A DNA stretch of 61,422 nucleotides, the filler included, from Platydemus manokwari (lineage: Eukaryota): the NCBI GenBank assembly GCA_037951405.1. It is 5 parts of 5 records of this genome, joined end to end, with 100 filler letters (N's around TTAATTAATTAA, not from the genome) between each part and the next. Parts side by side here need not be neighbours in the genome. Positions count along the whole stretch, not along the records: positions 1 to 10,617 come from JBBMOY011119330.1; positions 10,718 to 22,415 come from JBBMOY010513331.1; 3 more parts are not named here. The stretch is one strand, 5' to 3'. The first letter of the stretch is position 1; the number at the start of each line of letters is the position of its first letter. Below, in pieces: positions 1 through 13,576 of the stretch. Under the pieces are notes generated by a model that worked only from the letters and a program-made list of their open reading frames with translations, searched no databases and had not been told where the DNA came from. Position numbers and translations under genes: made by a program.

Positions 1-11
1 GGACAAGCAGT

Positions 12-325
12 GGCTTACAAAACTGGTAATGGCTTACAAAAGTGGTAATATCTTACAAAAGTGGTAATATCTTACAAAACTGGTAATATCTTACAAAACT
101 GGTAAAGACTTACAAAACTGGTAATAGCTTACAAAACTGGTTATAGCTTATAAAACTGGTAATGGCTTACAAAAATGGTACTGGCTTACAATACTGGTAA
201 TGACTTACAAAACTGGTAATGGCTTACATAACTATTAATAGCCATCAAATTTAATAATGATTCACAAAACTGGCAATGACTCACAAAACTGGTAATGACT
301 CACAAACTGGTAATGGCTCACAAAG
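12..325. repeat. 19-bp minisatellite, about 16 degenerate copies, consensus GGCTTACAAAACTGGTAAT
   Basis: Directly visible tandem units with 19-bp period, degenerating toward the right end. Confidence 0.95.
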
Positions 326-594
326 CTAGCGGGTAGATTACTTTAATGATAACATAAAAGAATGGACTTGTGTTAGTATGTTCACACTGGTACGTGATAC
401 TGATAATTATTCATTGACCTGTACATTAATGGACTGGTATAACATTGATAATATTACTAAAGTTGATAGTGATAGTAATCCAGTTTATAGTGAATTTCAT
501 GGTTTCTAAGATGGATGAAGTAATTTAGGTTTTTCTAAAATTTTTGATCTAAAAATGAGGGAAGTCTTAATAGATGAGGGGTTGTTTCATTTTG

Positions 595-850
595 TCTTCA
601 ACATTCACTGCTGTACCGTTTACACTGGTAACTTTAGTACTGGATGCATATGTCTTTGCATCAACCAGTTTCTCTGCAAACTCCACTAATAACGTTTTGA
701 TCCGCACTAGTGTCGAACATTACCTTTACCGTCTGATTATGTTCATTGCGCTCTATGAGAGAGTTGTTTTGCTTTTTCAGATCTTTGCTCTGAAATCGCG
801 GTACTTTCAATTTGTAGCAACTATTTATTCGATTTTTCCCCAAGTATGTT
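595..850 (-). mobile_element. Decayed LTR-retrotransposon aspartic protease fragment
   Basis: Minus strand reads VKVMFDTSADQNVIS (cf. retropepsin hhDTGAxxxhIS), then after a frameshift TKVTSVNGTAVNV (flap-like motif). Confidence 0.55.
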
Positions 851-1075
851 TATATATTGATGGTATTTTGTACCATTATCGGTTTTGGTTTGAAATTTGA
901 TGGACAGGTTTGCTACCATGTTAATTTCACAAATATTCACAGATTTCTACATCACTGTTTGATATATGATCCAAATTCATAGTCAAATTCGTGACAACAT
1001 AGATATAGAGGCAAGAAAGTTTAACATGAATATGTCAGCACAGATTGTACAACAATAATTCATGTTTGTGAATTG

Positions 1076-1302
1076 TGAAATTATGGCACAGTATATTCGA
1101 ATTTGTGCAAAATATTTTAGCTAGATGTGGCCCAATTTGATTGGCTCGTGTATTTGATATCATACCGAATATTTTTCCAATTATGTTTATCAGTTTAAGA
1201 ATCATGAAGAAATATAATTATATGGTCAACCCAACCTATGATGAAATAATGACACAGAATATTCGAATTTGTTGCAAAATCTCTGAACTAGATGTGACCG
1301 CA
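1076..1302. repeat. Diverged direct repeat of about 60 bp (1076-1133 and 1242-1302)
   Basis: tgaaattatggcacagtatattcgaatttg-tgcaaaat...ctagatgtg versus tgaaataatgacacagaatattcgaatttgttgcaaaat...ctagatgtg. Confidence 0.7.
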
Positions 1303-4300
1303 TCATTGAATCTAAATAAGGGTATCAGGAATATCAGAACTTTTAATATTGTGTAGAGTGAATATAATGAAGTTATTGTTCTCAAGAATCTGAAGTTATC
1401 AGAAGCGGTGTGAATATTTTGTAAAGATAGTTATTCGAGCCAAATTGTTATTCAATCGAGAAAAGAACGTGAATCGAACTCAAGAATAGTAAATTTCATT
1501 AGTATAAATAATCTGAATAATTGGTATTGTGATGAAATTCGGTTCAGAATTTAAATTACAACTAAAATTTTTGTTTTCTTACAATTTTTGTTGGCAGCCT
1601 AATATTGAATCTAAAATTTCTGTTTGAGTTATAAAATATAAAGTTGTGTTTGAAAAATACCGAGTAAAGTGTTCAACTAATAATAATCGTTGTTATCTCT
1701 AAACTATTTTAATCATCTGTTGTTATCTTATTTATTTATAGTATATGCATTTATAAAGTGGAATATTTTAGCATTCTGCTCGAATTGCTTTCACCTTCAA
1801 TCTTTGGAATCAAATAGTATATTGCTAACCTCAAGCAAAAATTAACAATCATATCTTATTATTTGAAAACTTATTATTATGTTTTATATCAAGATATAAC
1901 ATTCCATTTTGGTAAAAATAAAATTGAATTTTCTGTCATGTTATTTAGTGATTTAATACGAGCAACCTACAATGTGTGATGGGCATCCGATAAATGATAG
2001 AGCTCAACAATATTCTCATTCTTTGTATTGCAATCAATTTGTGTCAAACAATATTAGCAAAACCATGTAAAGTATTCGGACCAATAACCATTTATTTTTC
2101 ACATTTATCATTTCAGATTTTATTCCAAAACAACTTATTTGAAGCAGCACCTTTAGTAAATTTGTTTGTAAACTCCATTTAAGTTAGTTGAAACAGATAA
2201 TTCATCATGTTGTCCATCGGGTTATCATGAATTTACAATAATGGCTAATATAATGAAGATCATTATAATGAACACATAACTGACGTAATGCAGACCTTTG
2301 AAACGAATCCACAAATGAAGATGGAAACCATTTTTATTAAATTATTTATTTGCTTTTGTTGTTTCTTGCAATAACATTTGTTATTACTTTTTCATTATTA
2401 CCTATTCTACATTGATTAATTTAGTGCTTTTGTTTTATTGGCCAAGCTGACTTTATGAGTATTTTTCAGTTCAAATTACAAAAAAATATATAGTTATATT
2501 ATTAATTTTTAATGAAAGTTGTTGTAATACAGCACTAAAAGAAATTTTTCAATCAGAATGTGTTAACATGTCCATTCCTTTAAATTCCTGTAGATTCATA
2601 TCAATTGAAGAATAAACCATCGTGTACCCAAAAATACTATAAAAAAATTTGTGAAATTAACTTCACAAATTATATGTATATACATGCAAGCGATACTTTG
2701 ATTGCCCTAAAGATTCTTAATTCAACCTAGAATGTAGATTATTCCTCATCATCATAATTAATATCACTTATCGATAGTTCTATCAAAATAATTCATAATC
2801 TATAGCACAGAGTGTTATCATCTTAATAAATTACCCATGGCATCTGTTATTATAAGCAATATTATCAAATTTTTATTTAAGAACTATTTCAGACACAATT
2901 TTTATCTCTGCAACAATAACTCTTCAGTTCATTCATCGATCTTTATCATCTACCACTAGATTCCATGATTAAGACGCCATATTTGTACTGAATAATTATG
3001 TTGACAAATTGTTTGGAAAAAGGATCCTTCGACTCATGTTATATCAAAAAATTTTTATAATGATAGTTCTATTTTTATTTAAAATTCGATTTTAGATGAA
3101 AAAGAACAAAAACAGCTATATTCTATCCTCCAAAACATCAATTGCAATGATTCTCGGTGCCATGTTGAATAACTTAAGTTTGAAATTAATTTGTAAGACC
3201 TTTGATAAAACTTAAGTGATTGATCTGGCTTCAGCCCATCATCGATTAAATACTTTAAATGTTATTTTTGTTTACTTTAGGATTGTCACAACTCGACCTT
3301 GAAATAGAAAAAAGAAGAAATCAAAAAATCATCAAATTTGATATTAAAATAGATTGGTTTTATTTTTGAGGTTTTCATCAATTTGTGGAAGTTGATTGAT
3401 TTATTTAGTTCAGCTGATATCTCACATTTTATGATGTCGAGTAGCAACTAAATAGAATTGTGAGCAAATATCATATAATCACAATACTTCCACATGATAT
3501 TTAATTTTAAAATTTTTAATTATAAATCGACTTAGTAAGCTCGTAACGTGTTTAATAAGCTAATATTACCTGTTTTTTTAATAAAATAATTATAAAAAAT
3601 TGAGAGTAAAAATTTGGTTCTAATGTTAATAAAGGGTCCTGGCTAATTTTCAATAAATTACAATTTGATTCAGTTTGACCCATTTTTAAAATAATCGATT
3701 TTTACAAAATCGTGAGCTCTAGTCTATTTAACATTTGATTTAAAAGAACTATAAATCTTCTTAATTACTTCACTAAAAATTCAAAATGTTTTTAAATATT
3801 ATTTTTAAATGTTATTAAATAAACTAGTTGGATTTTTACTCTGGTTAACTTTAACCAATGATCCATCTCAAATAAAAAATAAACAGCATCATTGATGTTA
3901 ACAAATTGAAGAAAGCAATTATAACTTCTGTTTTGCAGCATATAATGAAAGATCAATAATTCAATAAAAACAAATCTATTTTACCATTAGCAACTCGAAT
4001 AAACGTTATATTACTTCAACTCTTTAAAAATTGTTTCAAAAAAACGGATAAAAAATAATGAAACGATTTAATCTCAAATTGAAAAATTTGCTGAAATCTA
4101 CCATTTGTGATGATTTTTTCATAAATTTCAAAGCTGATTTTATGATTATGAAATTATTATTTTAATGAAAAAAAAATATTCACCATAATTCTAGTTCGTC
4201 ACAAAGTTTTTCATTAATATTTTATATATTATTTTGAAATATAAAATTAGTAATAAGAAAATTATTTTAGAAGCGTGTAGTAATTATTTTTAATTTATTT

Positions 4301-4524
4301 TAATATTCAATAATTTTTCTATAATTTTTGATAATATTCACAATAAAAGGCTAGTTTTAATTGATTGGTGATTACATAATCGACTTCAACGAGTAAAAAT
4401 TGCATGGGTTTCATTGATATGATGTCATGTTCGACATATTTAATCGACGATCTCATGCATTTCAATACAATTTTGGTTTCATTCTTGATTTTATTGTTCT
4501 ATTTTTCTTTTAGACAATTGATTT

Positions 4525-5892
4525 ATGGTAGCCCAGGATTTCATGAGTTTGGTGGAGAAATTCCAACTCACTAATTATTGTGGGTTGGAAGATTTCTCCG
4601 ATAAATTGAGCTTCCTCGTCACCGTTGTATTCTTGCTGCTATCAACGATATTCGTCACGTCCAAGACGTACATCATGTCGCCATTATCGTGTTACATTCC
4701 AGTCGTGCCATCTGGCTCGAAATTTGATGATTATGTTGAAAACTATTGCTGGGTGACAGGAAGCTATGCTATTTTACCCAATGAATCTCTTCCGACCAAC
4801 AGTGCCCAATGGAAATCGATCGAACATTTGAAAATCGGTTAGGATATGGTGAAAATACTTTTAATCATTACCCTTTAACATTCAGATTATTACCAATGGA
4901 TACCATTCGTATTGGGTATCATGTGTGTGTTTTTCTACTTGCCTCGAGTTCTTTGGCAATCATTCTGCTACAGGAAACTTGGTGTTGATTTGGAAAATCT
5001 TATTCAAAAAGCCAATAAAATCCGATATGAAAACAATTGTAAAAAGGATTCGAAACCAATTGCGGAAAAGATAGAATCTATTCTCTACTGTCATCGTGAT
5101 TATCGTCAAGGAAAAATCTCCAATTTACGTCGTTATTTCAATGATATATTTGGTGTCTTGATTGCAAGCAAAAGATTGGGAACTTGGCTCTCATTCTGGT
5201 ATTTTGTCATGAAGATCGCTTACTTGATAAATGCTATTTGTCAATTGATCTTCATATCCAAGCTTTTCAATGCTCAAAAGAATGTTTTAGCTTTCAGTTT
5301 GGAATTGTTCAGAAATACTGTCAATTATATTCCATGGCACGCCACCAGAGTTTTCCCCAGAGTCACTTACTGCTATGTGAACAATATCATCGTTTCGGGT
5401 CAACATGAAAATGGATACGTCGCCCAATGTTCTTTGCCACAAAATATGCTCAATGAGAAATTGTTTTTGCTTTGTTTTGGATGGATTTTATTTGTGGCTG
5501 TCGTTACAAGTTTCAGCATTCTTATTTGGATCAAACGCATGTTTTACCATTCTCGAATTCAATTCATAAAGAAATTTCTCAAGCTCGATGAAACTTACGG
5601 TATTCACAAACGAGACTCAGTTGTCAAATTCGTCTCGGAATTCCTTCAACATGACGGATACTTGATAATACAAATGATTTATCTCAACTCCGGTGATTTG
5701 ATCACAACGGCTATTGTTTCAAATCTTTTCGAAGCCTATGAATCCAAATACATGAATAAGGATCTGAGAAATCGACCATATTATTTGATATCTGAATATA
5801 CAGAAAATAACATGGCCCTTAAATTATCACCAGCAATTAGCAGTGCAAAGAAGAAGCCAACTGCTCCAATTGATAACACTGAATTTGTTTAA
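4525..5892 (+). CDS. inx: Innexin (invertebrate gap-junction protein), exons 4525-4837 and 4886-5892, 439 aa
   Basis: Removing the 48-bp GT-AG intron (4838-4885) restores DYYQWIPF, the innexin signature. Also NYCW, FPRVTYC, CSLPQNMLNEKLF and four hydrophobic segments. AATAAA follows the stop. Paralogue number not assignable. Confidence 0.97.
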
Positions 5893-6009
5893 TAAATTTT
5901 TTTATTTGGTTAATAAATTGGTGTATTTTTTATGATTTTGTGAATGAGTTTTCTCACAATAAAAGCCATAAAATGGCACTCCATTCTTGTTTTATCGCTA
6001 AAAATTTTG

Positions 6010-6016
6010 TATATAA
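6010..6016 (+). promoter_or_regulatory. Candidate TATA box of the EF-hand gene
   Basis: TATATAA 57 bp upstream of ATG 6067; the AT-rich background lowers significance. Confidence 0.4.
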
Positions 6017-6066
6017 GCGTTTCGAAATTGTCAGTGATTTTAGGGTTATTAATATAGTTTATTTCA

Positions 6067-6593
6067 ATGGTTTCTAACGAGCAATTGATTCAAAAATTCA
6101 AGGATATGGACAAAAATGGTGACAACGAGCTTTCCATTCAGGAAATATCGTTCTCATTGGAAAAATCTGGATTTGACAAGAATTTCATACAGGTTTGGCA
6201 TCAATTTATCTGTTAGCATTACTGTTTTATTATCATTTTTGTGGAGAATTTCGTGAAAGGCTTCGATGCTAATGACGATGGGAAAATAACTCTCAATGAG
6301 TATCGGGCGAAATTACAATTATATCCAGAAAACGAAAGAAGGTTCTACAATAAGTACAACGAAATAAAGATCAATGAAATTATATTTCCAGATATCAAAT
6401 GTGGCGAGACGTATTCAACAGTTTTGACAAGGATGGATCGGGAAAATTATCCACCGCTGAAATAGCGCAAATTCTCAAATCCAACAATTACGATAAAGCA
6501 ACCTTAGAGAATTGGATCAAGACGCACAATTCAAACCAATGTGGTGAAATGGATTATGACGATTTCCTGAGATTCATAAAGAATCACAAATGA
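6067..6593 (+). CDS. Four-EF-hand calmodulin-like calcium-binding protein (about 16 kDa), exons 6067-6192, 6247-6341, 6392-6593, 140 aa
   Basis: Loops DKNGDNELSIQE, DANDDGKITLNE, DKDGSGKLSTAE and degenerate NSNQCGEMDYDD. GT-AG introns of 54 and 50 bp give one continuous frame. Size and layout match flatworm 16-kDa Ca-binding proteins. Confidence 0.92.
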
Positions 6594-8879
6594 ATCTCGG
6601 ATTGTCATGGATTTGATCTAACTTGATATTGACACACAAGAATTTTGATTTGTTTACTGTGTTGCGATTAATCAGCTGAGGCATTACGTAATAGCGTTTA
6701 TTGATGATATCAGTTGAATCATTTTTTATTTCGTTAGTTAATAAATATCAACTTGCTATTATCTATTCTTTTATTGTTGTTTTAATTGGATATTTTCAGA
6801 TATATTTCGAATCCGTTCACGTGGTTCATAGGTCAATATATTATTATTAAATTCATGATTTATAAAACATTGACATTTGTGATTGGTTAATCAATCGTCC
6901 AATCATTGGTCTGTGATTTAAATGAAAATACTTAATTTAAATCATCTAATAGAGATCATATCAACTATTGCAAGAAATTTTCTATCGATTAATCAATTGA
7001 ATTTTCGAACAATTAAGCAATGAACTGCGTTTTTTATGACAAACTGTAATCGAATATTCGATATCAATAGAATTTGTAACTATTTAAATGATCTAATATC
7101 GTGAATCGTTTAATGAAATGTACGATTATCAAATTGTAATATTATTATTAACAATAATTTCCTTTGTCAGATTTATTAATCGATAAACGCAACATTCCAT
7201 CCACCATCACAACCTTAATTAATCACAATTTTTAGCTATTTTATTTTATGAAATTTCTGTGCATTCTCTTATCAAACAATATCCAATCAAATTGAGTCTC
7301 ATTGTTGTCATTGGAGCTCTATATCAGTAGCTCACACAAATATTATTAATCTCAATCTTTTTTGAAAAACCAAATGACGATTACAAGTGATATCGATAAA
7401 TATCGAGCATGTAAATATTCGAATCTATAATCTGCGTGTAGATAGATAGGCCTATTTGCAGAATTCAAGACTTATTAAATGAAATACACTGGTTACGTAA
7501 CACGTTAGAGGAATTCCATATATCTTGATTAGAAAATTTTGTTTCAAATTTTATTGTATTCGTTGCTTACATATCAATTCTAACCGATATACTGATATCG
7601 AAGAACAACGAAAACGTGTTCCAGAGAATAAACAAAGCATAAACCGAAAGAATTGTGATATTCATTGTGAATGAGTTTTCATATACAACATATACAATGA
7701 AAAGATAAATCTTTATAAAGGAGACATTTCTAAATTTAGAGGGATTTCTTGCGGGATTTAATTCCGAAAATTTGTCCTTATATCGACGATAAAATTTCTT
7801 GCTACATTGTCAAATGTGTTGACAAAATAAAACATAAAATGTTGATATTTGTGTCAATTGTGGATCACCCGAAAATCAATTAGATGATAAATATTTCCCA
7901 AACTGATCACATCATTGGAAGGAAGCAAATAAAGTTATTTAAGGTTATCAAATCATGGGTTATATCGATTTTATGGATTCTATTAATCAGCAATTAATGT
8001 ATCCAATAGCGAAGTGTGCCTGTCTACAACAATAATCAATTAATTGGCATAATTTCTGATGGAATTCATAAATAATTTATTGAATGGAATGAGACTCGAT
8101 GGAATTGTTTGTGTGCAATGTGTTATTGATTGAATACTGGATTCCCCAAATTATATTTAATAAGTTTTTATTCTTTTGTCTTTCAATTTTACGAGATGGC
8201 TACAGTAAATGGTTAACCCAATTTGCTCTGTCAATAATTTTGTAAATTTGTGAGAACAGCAAAAAAATATAAAAAATGACATTTTAAAATCACAAAATGA
8301 ATAAAAAATCATGAAACAACAAATTTGACAGCCATATATCAACATCTCTCCCGCGTACCTCATCAGTTTCTCACAGATTATCACTAAAATGCCTTGATCT
8401 TAATGGAATATAATTTATTAAACATCTAATTTATAGACATTGAATACCATGGTTGAAAATAAACACATATATTATACATATAATACGGTGCACATATAAC
8501 ATGGTGCACATTACCCCGATGATAATAAAATATTTGTTTGATGAATATCAACGGGAAAAACGTTACCTCTAGCTGTGACATAGAGGATAACAAATGAGAG
8601 AAACAAATGGAGCCATATAATGAATGGATTCAAGAATGCTGGCAAAGGACAAAAAGAGAATATGAGTTTATCGAATTGATTGAGGTATTGCTAGAAATAA
8701 TAAATCACTGCGAACAGGAAATAAATACAAAAATGAACAACAAAGGATCTAACGAGGAACTCTGAGTAAGACAATAATATAAATATTATCGTTTGAATCG
8801 AGCAAATGCTAGATTTAGAAGGAATAATAATTGCATTGTTGACAATTCGAATCCAGATGTTGTGAAGTCTTGATTTGGC

Positions 8880-9570
8880 ACTTGAATCACACTGTTTCAT
8901 CAATTTGTGATATACCATCTGCAATATTTTGGTTTTCTCTTTTTCAAATACTGCAGTTCAAAATCTTACTCAGTATCGACTGAATATCAATGAGGTTTTT
9001 CGTGTGATTTAAGAAACTCAATACATTGTAATCCGTTCCAGCGGTAAACCTTTTCCTATAAAGGATTATATGAAATGAACAACAAATTTATGAATAACCA
9101 GAAGTTCCTCTCCGTAAATTTTTGTGAATTGTCTGAAGTTGGAATCCCTAGCTTACAACACATTCATTACTCTCTTCAGTGACTTGATTAGGTATGTCTT
9201 CTATCACGCTATCATCTGAATCAATCGCAAATCTCCTGGTTCAACATGGATAATTTAAAATTGGTGCAAGGTATAGTTCATTCTTTAATGGTAAAGAACT
9301 CTCTTTACACATCATCGTTCGTTGTAGAGAGATTTCCCTCTCGAATTTGGAGTATGAAAAGGTGTTTTAATTTTGGCATAATTTTTAATAAATCTTCGAT
9401 AATAATCCGTGAGCCTCAAAAATGACTGAAATTTTGCTTCACATTGTGGTTCTACAGTTTTGAACAATTTTATCTGAATTTGCTCTGGTCCAATTCTTAC
9501 TTACTATGTGACCCAACAACTTTAATGAAACAAAATATATCTCTGGATCATTTAAATTCCTGGATTAAGA
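8880..9570 (-). mobile_element. Decayed Ty3/Gypsy pol fragment (RT C-terminus to end of RNase H)
   Basis: Minus strand with frameshifts: KLLGHIVSK...NSDKI, FQSFLRLTDYYRRFIKNYAKIKTP, DFELQYLKK..ENQNIADGISQ, matching Gypsy FLGHxVS, FLGLxxYYRRFI and YDFxIxYxxGxxNxxADxLSR in the correct order. Confidence 0.85.
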
Positions 9571-10617
9571 TATCATCAAGTATGCATAAACAGCCTAGAA
9601 AAGCAACTCTACTAATAAATTTACAACAACTTCTGAAAAGTTGCTAGACAATGACCTATTCAACTAAAAGTCTGCTGAAGAAAAACTGGCCAATTTTCCT
9701 ACTAAATATGCCCAATATTATAGAAATAATTTTTTGAAGATAAATAATCTCTATTAATCAGGCAATCCAAGAGTTAATTAATATCTAGCACAGGAAAAAG
9801 TAAACTTTGTGGTAATTGAATTTACTCCAAAATTATCAACACACAAACTAATCGGCCAGCCGATCTCGGTTGCTGTACCTAATTAGGAATTCCGAAGTCT
9901 TTAACTGAGACTTTTGACAGCTATTTTCAATAAATTAATTATTATATCATTCATTTATCTATCCAGATGCATGCACTGTCTTTTTGATTATGAGATATTA
10001 TCTCACTGTTGTTACTATATCATTGGTTACTAACGTTTTCTAACAAGATTAAATTAAGAGGAAACAAATATGCTAACCTATTTTCTTATTAATCGACCTA
10101 ATACACTATTAGGTGAACATTTGGTTATTTTAAATGGGTATTTTTTCAGTCCTAGTCTGTGTATTGTTATGATGGTTTCGATAAATCAATTCTATTCATT
10201 TCAGTTCAATTCATATTTCTTTTATTTTATTCAATTCCACCAAGAGTTGCAAATCAAGCATTTGTTTTCTGAATGGACACCGATTCCTAAAATGACTCAC
10301 CACAATAATATTCATTGAGTGGTAATCCACTGTCTCATTGTCTTCCTAATCCTAACCTCTAACTTTATTTCCTTTTGGCAAAATCTTTCGTGGAAAAAAT
10401 GGTTTTTCTTGGGTTTATGTTGAACTTCGTTTTCTGTAATTGTCTCCGGATAGAATTGTCTTGGATTATAGCTAAAGAGTTTTTTTCATTTGCCTTCTTA
10501 ATATATTAGGTTGTTGGGAAAATAATGGCCGTTTGTAAAAGTATACTTTAAAATACTATAACTCGCTTTAAAATGAACTTTATTAATCAAAATAAGCACC
10601 TTTGGCTTCAATACACT

Positions 10618-10717
10618 NNNNNNNNNNNNNNNNNNNNNNNNNNNNNNNNNNNNNNNNNNNNTTAATTAATTAANNNNNNNNNNNNNNNNNNNNNNNNNNN
10701 NNNNNNNNNNNNNNNNN
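10618..10717. other. Assembly spacer N44-TTAATTAATTAA-N44
   Basis: Exactly 100 bp with a linker giving stops in all six frames; identical at four sites. Confidence 0.99.
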
Positions 10718-10719
10718 TT

Positions 10720-11897
10720 TATTCTTATTCTACCAACAACCTCTAATCTACTGTCGTTGGCACATCGTAAACTTTCACTTGTATATTCGATTTCCACCTT
10801 TTCGAGTGTTTCCAATACCGTCTTATCCATGACACTTTCCTCGAGTCGGCGCGTTCTTTTTTGGGTGTTCTTTGTTTTATTCAGAATCCGATTCTTGTTC
10901 GAACGCCGTTATTTGTCTATTGTTTCGGTTTGCTTTTATGTGTTTTGTCCGTTGAAATTCTGCCTTCTTTCATTTGTTCTATAAGTGCTCTGTCTGTGCT
11001 CAAATTTTCGCTGGACTATTGATGTCCCTTGTTTGTAGTTGGACTTTTGTTGTCCCATTATCTCTAGGTTTGTATAACATTCACTCTCGTGATGTTCTCG
11101 GTATTGACATCAACGGCACTTTATCACATTTGTGCAATTTCTCGCCATGTGACCTATTCGGTGAAAAGCGTAACACGTCACGACCTTCTCGGTTTTATAA
11201 TTTCGTTCTATGTGCCCTGGTTTTTGGCAATTATAGCACGTCCTATTATCGACCTTTCTTTCCCAAGGCCTGAGTTTTGGTTGTGCTCTGACTACCTTGG
11301 TCTATTCCCCTGCTCCTACCGTGTTTACTTCTCTTTCTTTATTTCTTACTTCATCTAGCTTTATCTCTGTTTTCTTTATTTGATCTATTTCCTCAATATC
11401 CCTCATTTTAATTTCTTTCTCTAGCTCCATATCATCTGCACAATGCACTAAGAAGAAAGCGGTTGGCTCCTCTTTAGTTATGTTGTGAGACGATATGTCT
11501 TCCACTATTTTATCTACCTTTTAAAATAGACATGCGCTGGAGCGACCTTTCTCCTGAAACTTAGAGCCACCATCCAATTCTGGGCAAGGGATTCCTTTTG
11601 GCCAAACACCTTCCTAAGTCTGTCCTCGTACCCGATTTTGGCGTCTGTCACCTCAAATTGTTCTACTAATCCGTCGTCCAAACGTGCTAATACGATAGCG
11701 TATTGGTCGTGCTTTGGGTTTTTCCCAGCCTCGAAATATCGTTGGCACTTTTTAATGAAGTGTTTGACGTTATCCTTAAATTTAAATCTATCTGGCAACC
11801 GTGAGCTTGGGATCGCATCCAAGTGCGTAGTTGCCATGTTAGTTGCTAACACTTCGTGGCTTTTTAGATTATATTCAAAACTCATAAATAAATGCAA
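10720..11897 (-). mobile_element. LTR retrotransposon gag-protease remnant (Gypsy-like) with two zinc knuckles, cut by the gap
   Basis: Broken minus ORFs 11514-11897 and 11302-11505 (gag-like). At about 11070-11190: CYAFHRIGHMARNC and CR*CQYREHHESEC (CX2CX4HX4C, each damaged). At about 10720-10830: SLRCANDSRLEVVGRI (protease flap-like). Confidence 0.8.
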
Positions 11898-12256
11898 AAA
11901 AATATATTTTCATATTAAATATTATTTAAACAAATATTCCTTCTTTTTTTTTAAAAATTCCAATTAATACAAAAATTACTTTTTTAACCCATTTAAATTT
12001 TATAAATGATTTTTAAAAGAATTTTGAGAGGTTACAGTAACTGTCTGTGCAATATAAATATTAAATATTTGTTAATTAATTAAAAATATACTTTCTTTCC
12101 AGTTTTTAAATTTAATTTAACAAATTAAATTTAAAATAATCCAATTTAAATTTTAAACCTCACAATAATAATGATCATAATAATAAAGTAGCAGGGACTC
12201 CTGAATAAATCATGTTGTTATTAATTTGGAAAATTGCGAAAACTGTAAAACCTTTC

Positions 12257-12550
12257 AAGCCATTTCACAACAATATCGTTACTGTTATTTATTCGAAAAT
12301 AAATCGATCTACTGTTATAATTTAATGCAACTATATCATCATTATTTAAACCAGCTGTAAAACACTATCTACCTAACTTTATTTTATTCTCTATCATAAA
12401 TTTAAGCCATTTCACAACAATATCGTTACTGTTATTTATTCGAAAATAAATCGACCTACTGTTATAATTTAATGCAACTATATCATCATTATTTAAACCA
12501 GCTGTAAAATACTATCTACCTAACTTTATTTTATTCTCTATCATAAATTT
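12257..12550. repeat. Tandem duplication, 2 x 147 bp, near-identical
   Basis: aagccatttcacaac...ctatcataaattt starts at 12257 and 12404; about 2 substitutions. Confidence 0.95.
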
Positions 12551-13576
12551 ACAATGAAGTTTACAGAAGCTCTGTTGTTTTAGTACAGATTTTATTTCAT
12601 TGATGTCGATGATAATTTATATTTATTATTTCAATCAATATCAGAGTCATTATCTAAACCATATATAATGTTATTATAATAATCAAGTAATGCCTATTTA
12701 TAGTTATCATCTGAGTATCAATTAGTATTAGCTTCTCTAATTTAATCACGTATATTAACCGTAATACCATCATTTATAAATTTTACGCACCGAACACACA
12801 CGTGTACATCGAAATTCATATTCATTCTTTATCCACTCATGAGCAAATGAAATTGGTACATTAATATTTAAATATGTAGTTTCAGTACTAAATATTTATA
12901 TATGAGTCTTTGTTTATTTTAAATAACTTTCAGATATAAAATAATCTCTTGATAAATTTATCCATAAATAGGTTTTGAAAACCTTGAAAACATTTAATAT
13001 TAGATGTGATTAACATTTAATATGTAATTTTAAATATATCATCGACTAACTATTACTGAAACACATATGCCTTTATGTAATAGCTAAACCAAGTTATGGA
13101 TTCAATTTTCATTAAAATTGTAAAAAACTGTCTGTGTGATAATAATGATTCTCTTAAAATGATTAAGATTGTTCTAATTCACATCCATATAACTCATCAA
13201 TAGAGCTATAACATCTACTAAGAACTGCTATTGTTTCAAACCAACTTAGCCAATTATAAATTGAAATTAATATAAGATATTTAATTGACTGGTTTCTTCA
13301 CTGCTGTCAGGATATGTTAAGCAAATATCACAGTTCAAGACAAGGAAAACACTTGCGGTTGACATTTTCTAAAATAAAATCTTTCAAGCACTATTTTAAA
13401 ACAAATCCAGTATTAACGCAAATTATGTAGCTCGATTAGTTGTCGCTCTTTCTCATAGTAACCAGTTTAAATTTTAATTGCTACTCATAAATGGTAATTC
13501 ACGTGAAAACATCTACAATTTTATAAAGTATCATTAACAAATAAATGGATATGATGTTTGTTTTATTCACATTATT

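Noticed and set aside
12-325. CRISPR-like regular repeats
   Set aside because: Head-to-tail 19-bp units with no unique spacers, in eukaryotic DNA; an ordinary minisatellite.
10662-10673. TTAATTAATTAA palindrome recurring four times
   Set aside because: Always centred in N runs; an artificial linker.
10757-11967. Several plus-strand hydrophobic ORFs
   Set aside because: Antisense shadows of the A-rich minus-strand gag-protease remnant.
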